The notes: generated from the sequence alone by a model not told the origin. 49,787 nucleotides of DNA, filler included, from Stramenopiles sp. TOSAG23-3 (GCA_900128585.1; 4 parts of 4 records of this genome joined end to end with filler, not necessarily neighbours in it); one strand, 5' to 3'. Counted from the first letter of the whole stretch, positions 1 through 10,940 are shown. Numbers and translations: made by a program.

Positions 1-68
<68 letters not shown>

Positions 69-69
69 A
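1..69. repeat. (GAAA)n microsatellite
   Basis: Uninterrupted aaga/gaaa tetranucleotide run at the window start. Confidence 0.95.
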
Positions 70-595
70 GAAGAAAGAAAGAATAAAAGAACGAAAGGTC
101 CAATTTATTAGGGTATTTTACATTTTTACATACATTACACAGTATAGGAAAAATAAAAAAAGATATATTATTATTAGGAAGAAAAAAAAATCTAGTATTG
201 CCAAAAAGAGCTTTGGATTTAGATAGATACAGTATAGGAAATAATCAGAACAACAACAACTAAAATATTAAATAGAATCCTCCCCCCTTACTTTTTATAA
301 CACAACATCATCATATCATCTTCCTTCTCCAAAAAAAAAAAAGAAGAAAAAAAAGAAGAAGAAAATAATAATAATAATAAAATAATAAATGAAATCCATC
401 CATCCAATAATCTAAAATAATGTGTAGACTGCCAACGGAGAAGAAGAACAAACCAAAAGAATAGGAAACGAAACCAAATAACAAAAATTGAATGAAGATA
501 TGGAGGAACGATTCGGAATGTATTTGTAAAGATAGTCGTCTGTAAAAATAAAGAAAGCTATATACGGAAGACTTAGCGTACGTTTGATTGCGAAA

Positions 596-674
596 GTAAG
601 CGATAGGTAACGAGCGTACTGTCCTTCTTTCTCCCCTTTCTGAATTTTTCTCTCTCTTTTGTATCTATACGTAG
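596..674 (+). other. Candidate 79-nt 5'-UTR spliceosomal intron of the cNMP-domain gene
   Basis: GTAAGC donor at 596, long pyrimidine tract, TAG acceptor ending at 674, 67 nt before ATG 742. Confidence 0.5.
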
Positions 675-741
675 TGCTTCAAACCTATCGAGGTTGTTGT
701 CATCGTCATTGCTTTGTTGACAACCAAGGAATTGGGCGAGC

Positions 742-3033
742 ATGAACGGGTTCTTCTCCAGGATATCCAGGAGCTCGTCCAGCTCGTCGCCACAGGCAAA
801 AGCCACTGAGGAACGAAACCTCCAGAAAAGCACAGAAAAGAAGCAGGAGTGTGGGGTACGGGGGGTCAACATTTTAAAGAATGCAATGGGCCATCCCGAG
901 AGCGCGACGCCCCCGGCCCAAGTGAAGAAAGCCAGCGCCGACCAACCGAGCGCCCCCGAGGCCGCGGAACCGTCAGGGACGGCGCAGGTCGTCGAAACAC
1001 TAGATTTTGAAGCATTTTTAAACGACCCGACGTCTTCGCGACTGCCCCCGCAGACCGCCCAGTCCCCTGGGAACGAGCGGGAGAAGAGCGCGAAGAAACG
1101 AACGCCGAGAAAATCGCGGAGGGCTAGCATTCGCCAAGCCGTTATAAATTCCCACGGTCGCCGTGCAAGCATGATGTTGACCGCCAGTGACAAGAAGGCC
1201 AAGCCCCAGAACTCCGCCATCGTGCGAAAGTTAGAGGAGGACGTCGACAGGCTGCAGAGCCAGCTGGAACGGCTGGCCTCCATTTTGGACGAGTCCATGA
1301 CCGAGAGAGACGAAGCGCTAGAGGCAAGGGACGTTGCCATCAACGAAAAGGAAGACATTCGGGCCGAGTGCAACATGCTGAAGGAGAAGGTAAAAGTGCT
1401 CACGGTCAGTTACAACGACGAGGCCCAGGGAAGAGCGGAAGCCATGGAGCTCGTCGACCAGCTTCAAAACGAAGTGTTTGACCTGCGCGGGAAGACGACG
1501 GAGGCGGCGGCGTCCAGGCGCAGCCGCGGTTCGGCAAAGTTCAACATAGAGGACGTTCCGGGAACCCCAGCAGACAAGCACGGCAGTAGGAACCGCTCGT
1601 CATTAGTAAAGCGCGCCTCGGGGGGGTCGTCGTCGTCTGACCGACTATTCCGGCAGAGATCGCCCAGCTCCGGGAGCGACTTGGGGGACGGGAAGCAGAA
1701 GGCCCAGGGATCATCGCACTTTTTGGGGAGGAAGATTAGCACGTCCATCCAAAGAATGTTTAGTGGAAGCGTAGACAATGGGCGCAGCGGCGACAAAGGC
1801 TCAGGGGGCAGCGGTGCCTCGAAGCCCCCACCCCCTTCACCAGCGGCGCCCGCGAATTTGCCGAAGATAGAGGTAGACGAAGACGGCGAGTTTCGGCTGC
1901 GCGACATCGAGATCGTGCTGTCGCAGGTCGCTATATTTCGGCACATGAACGCGCACGAGATTTCTGTCGTGGCTCGAACCATGAAGAAGGAACAGTGCAC
2001 CAAAGGCGATTTTCTGTTCCGGCAGGGTGAGATCGGCGAATCGTTTTACATCCTGCTCGAGGGGCAGCTGAACGTTATCTGTTACGAGGTTGGCCCAGGA
2101 AAGAGCCAGAAAATGATCCCTGGGGCGAGTGCCCGGTTGGTGGCCACGTTGAACCCGGGGCAATGCTTTGGGGAGACTGGCCTCGCCCGGTCCTTGCCTC
2201 GGACCGCAAGCGTGGTCGCTGTCACCGATTCCTCTTGCCTTCGTTTGCATCGCAAAGTGTTTGAAGACTTGAACAACCAGTTTGACGAATCGATCGTCGA
2301 GAACATGAAGTCGTACGAAACGTATCGCGAGTCCACTGAGTTTGTTGACGAGCTAAGGCAGTGGCTGCTCACCGCCAGGACAAGAGACCAGTATTTGTCA
2401 GTGTTAAAGAAGTTCCCGACGTTGACCTTGGACCTGAATAGCAGCCAGGTCGGCCGCAAATCGCTGGCCGGGGGACCCTCTCAGCTGGAGCGCGATTTGA
2501 TCCGTGAGACCGGAGTCTCCCTGAACGATGAGCTTTTTTCGTTCCACGGAAAGTCGAACGAGCGCCAAAACGCGTTCGACCGGTTCACCACGCAGCTGTA
2601 CACGTCCATGCTAAAGCTGCTGCACAAGCACAATATTTTTACAGAGGACAATGTGAAGACTGCCATAGAGGACGTGATGTTTGCGAGCAATAGGACGATT
2701 GCGGGGGGAGATTCGTACAGCCAGACAGACCTGCTGTTCGGAAACAACGATTTGGTGGTTCTGTCACCCCACAGTTATGAAGGGGAGCCGTCTTCTATTT
2801 TTATCAACGAAGACGACTGCTCTATATTCATTAGGGTCGTCAACGGGTACAAGATCAGCCATTTCGACGAGGACATGCAGGTTGCCGTTTGGGCCACCAT
2901 CTTTTCTACCGTGTCGGAAGAAATCAGGTTTGACCGAGAGAAGATTTTGAGAGACGGTGGGAACACCATCGGGGATATTTCCCGTGGTAGAGTCAGCGTC
3001 AGAGTGTTAGATCTAGATGTTCGCTTTGAGTAG
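742..3033 (+). CDS. Coiled-coil + cyclic-nucleotide-binding domain protein with uncharacterised C-terminal domain
   Basis: 763-aa ORF; cNMP motifs FRQGEIGESFYILLEG and GQCFGETGL...PRTASV; heptad-rich N-terminal region. Confidence 0.85.
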   Translation: MNGFFSRISRSSSSSSPQAKATEERNLQKSTEKKQECGVRGVNILKNAMGHPESATPPAQVKKASADQPSAPEAAEPSGTAQVVETLDFEAFLNDPTSSRLPPQTAQSPGNEREKSAKKRTPRKSRRASIRQAVINSHGRRASMMLTASDKKAKPQNSAIVRKLEEDVDRLQSQLERLASILDESMTERDEALEARDVAINEKEDIRAECNMLKEKVKVLTVSYNDEAQGRAEAMELVDQLQNEVFDLRGKTTEAAASRRSRGSAKFNIEDVPGTPADKHGSRNRSSLVKRASGGSSSSDRLFRQRSPSSGSDLGDGKQKAQGSSHFLGRKISTSIQRMFSGSVDNGRSGDKGSGGSGASKPPPPSPAAPANLPKIEVDEDGEFRLRDIEIVLSQVAIFRHMNAHEISVVARTMKKEQCTKGDFLFRQGEIGESFYILLEGQLNVICYEVGPGKSQKMIPGASARLVATLNPGQCFGETGLARSLPRTASVVAVTDSSCLRLHRKVFEDLNNQFDESIVENMKSYETYRESTEFVDELRQWLLTARTRDQYLSVLKKFPTLTLDLNSSQVGRKSLAGGPSQLERDLIRETGVSLNDELFSFHGKSNERQNAFDRFTTQLYTSMLKLLHKHNIFTEDNVKTAIEDVMFASNRTIAGGDSYSQTDLLFGNNDLVVLSPHSYEGEPSSIFINEDDCSIFIRVVNGYKISHFDEDMQVAVWATIFSTVSEEIRFDREKILRDGGNTIGDISRGRVSVRVLDLDVRFE

Positions 3034-3250
3034 AAAGAAATGTACCGGTAGTATGTCAAGAGTATACTAGACTTGTACTGTTCCAACTTTGGGACGACTT
3101 CAGATAATAAGATTTGCAATCGAATATAAAAACAAAATAGTTGTTGTATTTATTTATTATTATTAAAAAAAAAAAATATGATGATTTTTTGATTTTTTTC
3201 CAATATTATTGCCATGCTGTGATTATCTTATACTTTTGAATGAACTCTCC

Positions 3251-3460
3251 TCTTCCTTCTTCTTCTTTCTTCTTCTTTCTTCTTCTTCTTCTTCTTCTTC
3301 TTCTTCTTTCTTCTTCTTCTTCTGCTTCTTTCTTCTTCTTCTTCTTCTTTTTTCTTCTTCTTCTTCTTCTTCTTCTTCTTCTTCTTCTTCTTCTTCTTCT
3401 TCTTCTTCTTTCTTCTCTCTTCTTCTTCTTCTTCTTCTTCTTCTTCTTCTTCTTCTTCTT
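3251..3460. repeat. (TTC)n microsatellite, about 200 bp
   Basis: Near-perfect ttc trinucleotide tract; source of spurious poly-K/R/L/F/S ORFs. Confidence 0.95.
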
Positions 3461-3859
3461 TGAAACCTTTTTGGTGGTATTTAATATTAATATTATTTCA
3501 AACAATATACACACACCAGTATAAACAATGAAGAAAGAGAATAAAATTATTATTGATGAAGAAGAAAGAAAAAAGAATTGTTTTTTTTTTTGTTTGTTTG
3601 GTTTTTGTTGTTGTTGTTGTTGGTTGTTGATCAAATCATGATTTTAAATTGTTTTTATTATATAGTAATAAAATAAGAAATGGAAAGGTCCATTCATCTA
3701 GTACATTTATTTCTTCCTTTCGATGTTAAAAATCATACCAAAGGACTGTTGTTAGAACGGGTCACGTGCATTATCGTTTTAGGAATCACCAATACGAGCC
3801 ACGAAAGGCGAGAAGGATATTTTTAGTTTTGATTGTTGGAAGCGGTCGACGAAAGCAAG

Positions 3860-5836
3860 ATGGCAGCAATGCTCCAAAAGGCAATGGAGGCCTCCACCGC
3901 CAAAGTTGACGAACAATTTCAAATACGGGAGACATTGGTGGACGCGTCTGCGTTGGAATCCGCAGAAAATCAGAGAAATGAGCCGTTTAAAACGTTTTAC
4001 GAGGCGAGAAAGGTGCTGACAGAAAAGAAAAAAATAATTGAAGATGAACTTGAGAAGAGGGAGCAGTCGTCGACCTCCTCTCCTACGACCCAGGCTTTGA
4101 AGGACAACGTGGCTATTTTGAACTACAGGCTGGGCAAAAATTTTTTCACGACGGAGGAAAACCACGAAGCCCAGGTTCATCTGGAGTCTGCTGTGGGGAC
4201 CCTGTCCCCGAAACGCTGGAAGGGAGACCCGTACGGGGAAAGGAAGAAGGCCGCCCCCAGCGACAGCAGTGAGAAGGAAGAGGATTCTGGCGGGCAGTCG
4301 GACGGCGAAAGTGTATCCGTAGTTGATTTAATGAACAACCCTTTTGTACCCCAGCTTATCGACAGTTTCAACCAATTAGGAGCATTGTGGGCGTCTCGTG
4401 GCGATCTGAAAAAGGCCAAGGGCTGCCTCAGCCGCTCCCTGTTGCTGTACAAAAAACTGACGGAGTGTGACGATGGGTCCAGTTCGGAGGAAGAGCAGCA
4501 CGTGCTGACGTCCATTCATATCTTTACACTGTTTTTCTTGGCACAGGTGGAGGGCCAATTGGGCAACTCAGAGGGTTCCTGCAAATATGTAAGGGAAACG
4601 CTTACTCTGCAGCAACAAAACGGGGAGTACGACAAGTACGAGTGGCCTCTAAACTGCGCTAAGTTGTCGGATTATTACATCAACCAAGGAGACATTCGCG
4701 AGGCCGAAAATTGCCTTTTCTACGCCCAAGAAGTCGCCAACAACGAGCTGCCGGACCCCGAGTACAAAGAAGAAAACGGGAAGAAAGCAGCGGTGGACAT
4801 CGACGACCCGTCGTTGTGCACTAGGAGTACGATATGGCGCATGTGGGGGGATTTGTACGCGAACGTGCTGCACAGTGCCCGAGATTTGAAATTGGAGTGC
4901 GAATTAAAAGGGGTTCAGATTCCGCAAGCCCCCGAGGAGGGGGAGTACGTCCCTAAGGAAGTGCCTATCTGCAAGTTGACAGTCTCGGAGGAAAAGGTGA
5001 AGCTGCGACGATGCCCGATGCTTCTGTCCATAACGAGCGCAAAAATAGCGACACAAGTGTTTAAGCTTTCGCGCGCATGCTACGAGAAAGCACTCGATTA
5101 CTTTGTGCTCGACGGGAGGGTGACTGACCACATCAACATCAACCAAAAGATCGGCCAAATGTACCGCGATTTAGCCGAATTCGAGACAGGATGGAAGCGG
5201 AAAGTTGGCATGGGGACAAGGTGTCAATCGCTGCTCGCCCCACTGTACGATGAGTTGAACCACGATGTCTTCTTGCTGCTGTCGAAAGAGCTTTCGTTTG
5301 CTTGTGGCCAGGCAATGCAGGACATACAGGCAATCCATTACGAGCGGGTCTTCAACGGAAGCACCTCGAGCGACGAGAGAGCCGTTGCCATGAAAAAGGG
5401 CGACAAAGCAGGCTTTCAGGCGTACGGTTGGTTTTTCAAATTTTTGTCCCTCTTCAACACGAAGGAGGGAAAGCACCCTGAAACGGTCGACAAAGACAAT
5501 TTGCACAGCGTTCTGATGGCCCACTTGAACATTGCCCGCATATTTGGAAAAATGTTCGCAGAAGGGAACTCCCAGCTGAAGATTCACTGGATGACAGAGA
5601 GTTTGAAGGAGTACAAGTTCATCGTTGCATTTGGGGAGAAAAACATACCCGCGGCTTTGGAAGAGACGAAACGGGAAGCTGGGCTAGACCCATCGATTGA
5701 TGTAAGCCAATTGAAACCAATCTTTCAGGACGAGATAGCACATTGCCGGGAAATGTGCGCGTTGCTGCCACAGAAGATCGATGAATTGCACTACAAAGGG
5801 AACGACATTGATGGGTCTGCAAATAATCCGAAGTAG
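3860..5836 (+). CDS. KIFBP: KIF-binding protein (KBP/KIAA1279 family, TPR-like)
   Basis: Motifs TEENHEAQVHLE and YFVLDGRVTDHINI...LAEFE match the KBP family; first ATG at 3860 (the ORF track starts at a non-ATG codon, 3833). Confidence 0.8.
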   Translation: MAAMLQKAMEASTAKVDEQFQIRETLVDASALESAENQRNEPFKTFYEARKVLTEKKKIIEDELEKREQSSTSSPTTQALKDNVAILNYRLGKNFFTTEENHEAQVHLESAVGTLSPKRWKGDPYGERKKAAPSDSSEKEEDSGGQSDGESVSVVDLMNNPFVPQLIDSFNQLGALWASRGDLKKAKGCLSRSLLLYKKLTECDDGSSSEEEQHVLTSIHIFTLFFLAQVEGQLGNSEGSCKYVRETLTLQQQNGEYDKYEWPLNCAKLSDYYINQGDIREAENCLFYAQEVANNELPDPEYKEENGKKAAVDIDDPSLCTRSTIWRMWGDLYANVLHSARDLKLECELKGVQIPQAPEEGEYVPKEVPICKLTVSEEKVKLRRCPMLLSITSAKIATQVFKLSRACYEKALDYFVLDGRVTDHININQKIGQMYRDLAEFETGWKRKVGMGTRCQSLLAPLYDELNHDVFLLLSKELSFACGQAMQDIQAIHYERVFNGSTSSDERAVAMKKGDKAGFQAYGWFFKFLSLFNTKEGKHPETVDKDNLHSVLMAHLNIARIFGKMFAEGNSQLKIHWMTESLKEYKFIVAFGEKNIPAALEETKREAGLDPSIDVSQLKPIFQDEIAHCREMCALLPQKIDELHYKGNDIDGSANNPK

Positions 5837-6294
5837 TTAAGTTCATTAGAGTGTGATTGAATTGATATTTAGTACCAGGTACCGTATTACCAAGGTACCA
5901 AGGTAGAAGAAGAGGGAAGAGTAGGAATTTGCTATTTTTTTATAAAATAATTATATAGGATTTTGTAAAATATTATTATTACACTTTATCCGTATTCTAA
6001 ACTAACCCGGGCCTCCCTCCGCGCTGTGCTTCTTCTTCTTCTTCTTCTTCTTCTTCGATAAAATATTTGTACCTTCTCTTGTGGTATTATTATTTATTTT
6101 ATTAGGGGCGGCTCTGATAAGATAGAATTATTGTTTTGCCTGTGGAAAGAATAAAATTGTATACGGTGACACTTTAGTCGTACGAAATCAAAATATTATG
6201 TCTAAAAATATGGCGCAAAAGTTACGCGAACATTTATATCAATCACGAGGACGTTATAGAGACAGTGTTGGAAAACGGCCCGAATAAATACAGA

Positions 6295-7233
6295 ATGGCT
6301 GCCCAGGGGACTCGTATTGAATTGTACAACGGTACCTTGAAAGTGTTTACGCAAGTTCCCGCGGCCATTGAATTATGCAAATATTTTAGAGAAAGTTATT
6401 TAGAGAAACATTCGATACTGAAATCGCCAGAAGCCACGCATAGTAACACTCCAGAAAGTGTAAGAGTGGAGGCGTGCGAAGATTTTGAAAAAGATCCGCG
6501 TGTCCAGGGGCTGTGGAAAAAAATAATAAATTCTGCAGGCGTTCACTCTCCCTTGTCTTATGCTTGTTGGGATAGGGTAAGGCTGCGAATACAGCAAAGC
6601 GACGGGGGTTATGACAATGTTAGCAATGAATTGAACAGCACAGGGCGTTTTTCATCCACGTTACCCCTCCATCGCGACACGTGGGCAAGCAACGTGATGC
6701 AGCAGTTGAACTGGTGGACGCCACTGCTGCCCATCGACAAGGACAGGACGCTTGCGATTTATCCAAACTTTTTCGAAAAGCCCGTACCAAATACGTCGCA
6801 GCAGTGGAGTATGAAAGAACTCAAAAACCATCGCAAAAAGAATGCCCCGTACCCTCAACTCCCAATGTTCGACGTGAATTGTAACGTGGTTGGACTGGAG
6901 CCTATGCAAAAGGAAGACAAGGATGCGTTCTTTCAGGAGCTAAACGAAGATGCCCAACCAATCCTCATCTCACCCGGAGACGTCATCGTTTTTAGTGGGG
7001 CTCACCTGCATGGAAGCGTAGTGAATAAGACGGGAAAAACACGCTTCTCCACGGAGCTTCGCACCGTTGACGCTCTTGACGTCACCGAAGAGAGACACGC
7101 ACGAAATATAGATGGACATAGTCCAGGAGTTCAATACAAATGGTTTGAAAGTATTGGTGAATTGGGGGAAGACGAAGGAATCGATAAAGGGGTTAGGTTG
7201 GATCGATTGGTAGAAAAAATTAAAACTACTTAA
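6295..7233 (+). CDS. PhyH-like Fe(II)/2-oxoglutarate dioxygenase
   Basis: HxD motif LPLHRDTW, distal PGDVIVFSGAHLHGS and RxS (TRFSTELR); first in-frame ATG at 6295. Confidence 0.75.
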   Translation: MAAQGTRIELYNGTLKVFTQVPAAIELCKYFRESYLEKHSILKSPEATHSNTPESVRVEACEDFEKDPRVQGLWKKIINSAGVHSPLSYACWDRVRLRIQQSDGGYDNVSNELNSTGRFSSTLPLHRDTWASNVMQQLNWWTPLLPIDKDRTLAIYPNFFEKPVPNTSQQWSMKELKNHRKKNAPYPQLPMFDVNCNVVGLEPMQKEDKDAFFQELNEDAQPILISPGDVIVFSGAHLHGSVVNKTGKTRFSTELRTVDALDVTEERHARNIDGHSPGVQYKWFESIGELGEDEGIDKGVRLDRLVEKIKTT

Positions 7234-7941
7234 TACAATATGTGTAAATATAATAATTAATGCAATCACACATTCCTTACCAGTAACCCTAATACCAAAC
7301 ACAATCTCTTTTTTTGTTTTCTTTTTGTTGTTGTTGCTATAATTAGCTCTAAATAATATTATTTGCTGTTTTATTTCTCAATATGCTGTGATATTATTAC
7401 GTTAACAAATATAATAACGGTCGTCTCTTCTTCTTCTTCTTCTTCTTTTTTAATTATTTTTTATTTAATAATTATTATTTATTATTTTAATTATTTTAGG
7501 CATACGCCTTTGCTGTGTCGTTATAATATTATTATTTTATATTATCAACAAAAAAAAATAATAAATAATATATTATTATGCACAACTAACTAATAATAAT
7601 CGAAAAAAAGAAAGAGAAAGAAGTACAATAAGAAAAAAGAGACATTGTACATTATCAGAAAAAACAAGCAGAGGATTTGGTGTGGGAACATTTGAATCGG
7701 TAAGTTGATTCTGTTGAAGGCATCTGTTTACTGAGAGGTTTATTATTCTATTTTCTGTGCATGGAAATAAGGGAGACGAGCCGGATTGGAGTTGCTTGTC
7801 TCTGGCTGTTGCTTTGAGGCCTTTGTTTGCGCAGGAGTGCAGAGAAGAATTGACCGAACGAACGCTTGGTTGGGCCCCTTGGTGTGTACATACATAAGGG
7901 AGAAGCGGTTCGCTTGCAAACCGACTTGTTAGGGGTTTAGT

Positions 7942-10398
7942 ATGAGTGGTTTGTCGTCCAATGCGCAGGCGGGGACAAAATGGTTGGAAGCCAAGAATTA
8001 TCTAGCAAAAGGTGACGTTCACGCTGCTTTCGCAGCGTTCTCGCACTCGAAAGCATTTTTGGACCATCAGATTAGTCAACACCATGGGAATGCAGCGTCC
8101 AAATATTTGTCTAGGGCAACTAGCATAGAAGTACAGCAAGTGAACGACGAACTTGCCCGGATGTCCAAGTATTTCAAAGAGCACCACTACGAGGCGTTGG
8201 CGTTAGATTCTTCTGCGTCAAGTGGAGCAGTCAAGAAAGCGTACAGAAATTTGGCTCGGAAGTACCACCCGGATAAAACGAATGGGGCAACAAACGAGCT
8301 TTTCATGCTGATTAAGAGCTCTTACGACGTTCTTTCAGATAGTAAAAGTCGCGCTAGGTACGATGCGTCTGTTGAAAGCAGTGCGCGTGCTCAGGCCCGG
8401 TCAAAGGTTCGGGCACGTGCTACGTCAAGACCAAACAAAAATAGTGCCAAAAATAGCGCCCGAAAACAGAAAGAGGCCCAGAATCATATTGCCCGAGAGT
8501 TGAAACGGGCGTGGAAATTTGTTAAAATGCAGCAGGCTCAGTATGAAGCAAACCAAGAAAAGGAGCGCCTGAGAAAGTTTGCACAACAGAAGGCGGAGGA
8601 AAAGGCCAAGGTACGCGCGGAGTCGCGCCGTGCAAGCAGGGAGCAAGCGGAGGCCAGGGCCGCAGCGAGGCATACCAGCACTAGAGATGTGACGGAGGAC
8701 ATCAACAACATTAGGGATCGCGTCATGAACAAGTTGAATGGAATAAACAGGGGCACAGAGAAGGAGGTAAAATCGGACGACGCGAAGAAGAAAAATGTTA
8801 TACACTCTTCGTACGAGGGTAGCAACGAATTCTTTGGAGAAATATTTGGGGACAAGAAAAAGCAGCAACAGGCCAAAAAAAAAATGTATGATAGAAGTAG
8901 GGAAAAACCTTTCAGCAGCAGGGAGTCTCAGAGAATTTTTGATGATGGCATACGTGTCAGACCCGTCGAAGAGGGGGCATACAGCCCGGACAAAGGGAAA
9001 AGAAAAAAGGTGAACGAAACGAAGAGACCGGCACCGAAGATTTTTGATGATGGGATTCGTGTGCGGGCCGCAGAGGAAGACCCGTACGAAAAAATTGAGC
9101 TGCAGAGAAAGAAAAAGTCCGTGTTCAACAAAAAGAACGAGGAAAAGATGAACAAACACAATATTCCACCGCCCGTGGGCATCAAGGCCAAAGAGACAAA
9201 ACCAGAGAAAACAAAACCCTCGATGGAAATGCGACCAGAAAGTACGGAGAAGCCACCTTCTGTAAAAAGCGAATTTGTGCCGGTACCCCCGACGAAGAAA
9301 AAACGTTCTGCGGGTTCCCAGAAGCTTCACCGCTATGCAGTCTTGCACACGAACAAAGACGCTGCCAGTAAAATTAAGAACACAACAAAACAGCCCAGCA
9401 CCAAAGGAAGTTCTACCCAGGAAGAGAAAGCATTACCCCCCGTTGCAGTACCAGCGTCTCACGGAGGATCCGATCTAGGCAGCGCAAGGAAACTAGGTTA
9501 CCAAGAAAAAGACTTTGTAGAAGAGGTCCGACGAATGTGGCGGGATGCCGTCACGGAAGCGGTGGGCGCTGGCACCGATGCAAAGTTTCTCCAACGGATC
9601 GTAAGAGAAGAGGAAGAAGAAAACAGAAAATACATGTCCAAAACCAAGTTTCCAAAAGAAAAGCGCACTGGTGATTTGAACCATGTTCCGAAGAAGTCGC
9701 AGTTGGAACAACAGCAGCTTCCCACAGAAACATTTCCATGCAAAAATTGCAACCAAGATGTAGACCTGCGCAATGTTATAGAACACACGAAAATTTGCCA
9801 AGCCCGAAAAATCCAAAAAAAGGAAACCAACAGCGAGGTCGCTCCCGAGAGAAAAGTGACGCCCGAGCCACCAAGTACCACGAAGACCTTTGCAGGCAGC
9901 GATTTTTTCAAATGTCAAATGTGCAATTCGAACGTGTCCCTTAGCAACGCAATGGATCATGCAGCAAGCTGCATTGGCTCTTCTCAACCCCAAGGAATGT
10001 TTTGGGGCAAGTCGTCTGCAGGTCCGAGCAGTACGGCACGAAACTCCACCCAGCAGTCAGAACATGGTGATTTCGAATTGGGCGAAAGCGACGATAATGA
10101 CGATTCGAGCTATGCATCATCCACCTCAGAAGAGTCCGACGATGATGAAGACCCCTTGGTAGACGGTCATGTAGGCCTGTTTTGGGGGGATGCGGGAATT
10201 GAGACGGAAGAATTTCGGCCTAGTGGTTTTTTTAGTGCTGACGGAACATGGTATGATGAAGACAATTTTCAACCATCTGAATCCATGTATAACGGCGTTG
10301 AACCTTCCGCGGAAAGCGAACTGCAGAAAGTATTGCGTCAAGTTCCACTCAGCAAAACCACGAAAAACGTCCTCCCTCCAACTTTTGTCCAGTTTTAA
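7942..10398 (+). CDS. J-domain (DnaJ-class) protein with two C-terminal C2HC zinc fingers
   Basis: HYEALAL...VKKAYRNLARKYHPDK...LSDSKSRARYD J-domain; CKNC..HTKIC and CQMC..HAASC; long charged disordered linker. Confidence 0.85.
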   Translation: MSGLSSNAQAGTKWLEAKNYLAKGDVHAAFAAFSHSKAFLDHQISQHHGNAASKYLSRATSIEVQQVNDELARMSKYFKEHHYEALALDSSASSGAVKKAYRNLARKYHPDKTNGATNELFMLIKSSYDVLSDSKSRARYDASVESSARAQARSKVRARATSRPNKNSAKNSARKQKEAQNHIARELKRAWKFVKMQQAQYEANQEKERLRKFAQQKAEEKAKVRAESRRASREQAEARAAARHTSTRDVTEDINNIRDRVMNKLNGINRGTEKEVKSDDAKKKNVIHSSYEGSNEFFGEIFGDKKKQQQAKKKMYDRSREKPFSSRESQRIFDDGIRVRPVEEGAYSPDKGKRKKVNETKRPAPKIFDDGIRVRAAEEDPYEKIELQRKKKSVFNKKNEEKMNKHNIPPPVGIKAKETKPEKTKPSMEMRPESTEKPPSVKSEFVPVPPTKKKRSAGSQKLHRYAVLHTNKDAASKIKNTTKQPSTKGSSTQEEKALPPVAVPASHGGSDLGSARKLGYQEKDFVEEVRRMWRDAVTEAVGAGTDAKFLQRIVREEEEENRKYMSKTKFPKEKRTGDLNHVPKKSQLEQQQLPTETFPCKNCNQDVDLRNVIEHTKICQARKIQKKETNSEVAPERKVTPEPPSTTKTFAGSDFFKCQMCNSNVSLSNAMDHAASCIGSSQPQGMFWGKSSAGPSSTARNSTQQSEHGDFELGESDDNDDSSYASSTSEESDDDEDPLVDGHVGLFWGDAGIETEEFRPSGFFSADGTWYDEDNFQPSESMYNGVEPSAESELQKVLRQVPLSKTTKNVLPPTFVQF

Positions 10399-10562
10399 AG
10401 CAACCGAAAGGTAGACGTGGACTATAAAAAACAACGTTAATTTGCACCTGTCATAAAAGTAAATGTAACATACGACGAATTAAATTTATAAGTTCTTAAA
10501 CGCGCAAGAATTATTTAAAAATATTTTTACAAAAATAAAAAATAGTTCTTCAAAAAATCAGC

Positions 10563-10581
10563 TCGAAATAAAAATGAATTT
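10563..10581 (+). promoter_or_regulatory. 19-bp motif TCGAAATAAAAATGAATTT (copy 1), upstream of ORF 10680
   Basis: Exact reverse complement at 11672-11690. Confidence 0.5.
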
Positions 10582-10679
10582 TATAAATTCTATTACAATT
10601 AAATATAAATTACAAGCTAATCAAAATTACTATTGTTCAAAACAAACACAACGAGCAATAAAAACAAATTGTCAGAAAA

Positions 10680-10883
10680 ATGATCTTTCTGATACTATTC
10701 CTTGGGTTTCTCATGTCATGCATTGATGTAGTTTGTTGGTTGATATCATGTACGTCACCAATGCCAAAAGATGGAACCTTGCGACTTCTCATTTTCTACA
10801 CAATGTTCGAAATGTGCAATTTCGTAGTTCATTTCCTATCTCTCTTTGAAATAGTGCTATTGAGAATGATAATAGTGGGGTGA
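10680..10883 (+). CDS. Small hydrophobic protein (two predicted TM segments) in the AT-rich island
   Basis: 67-aa ATG-initiated ORF about 100 nt downstream of the shared 19-bp motif; no recognisable homology. Confidence 0.35.
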   Translation: MIFLILFLGFLMSCIDVVCWLISCTSPMPKDGTLRLLIFYTMFEMCNFVVHFLSLFEIVLLRMIIVG

Positions 10884-10940
10884 AAAAATATAAGAATATA
10901 AATACAATAATATTAATTATTATAATAACAAAACACCAAA

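Noticed and set aside
573-1403. Long antisense/alternate-frame ORFs over real genes (e.g. 573-1403, 8425-9348, 24421-25224, 36359-36892)
   Set aside because: Shadow ORFs expected from codon bias; no independent motifs
3206-3634. Poly-K/R/L/F/S ORFs (also 38353-38706, 49135-49536)
   Set aside because: Translations of TTC/GAA microsatellites
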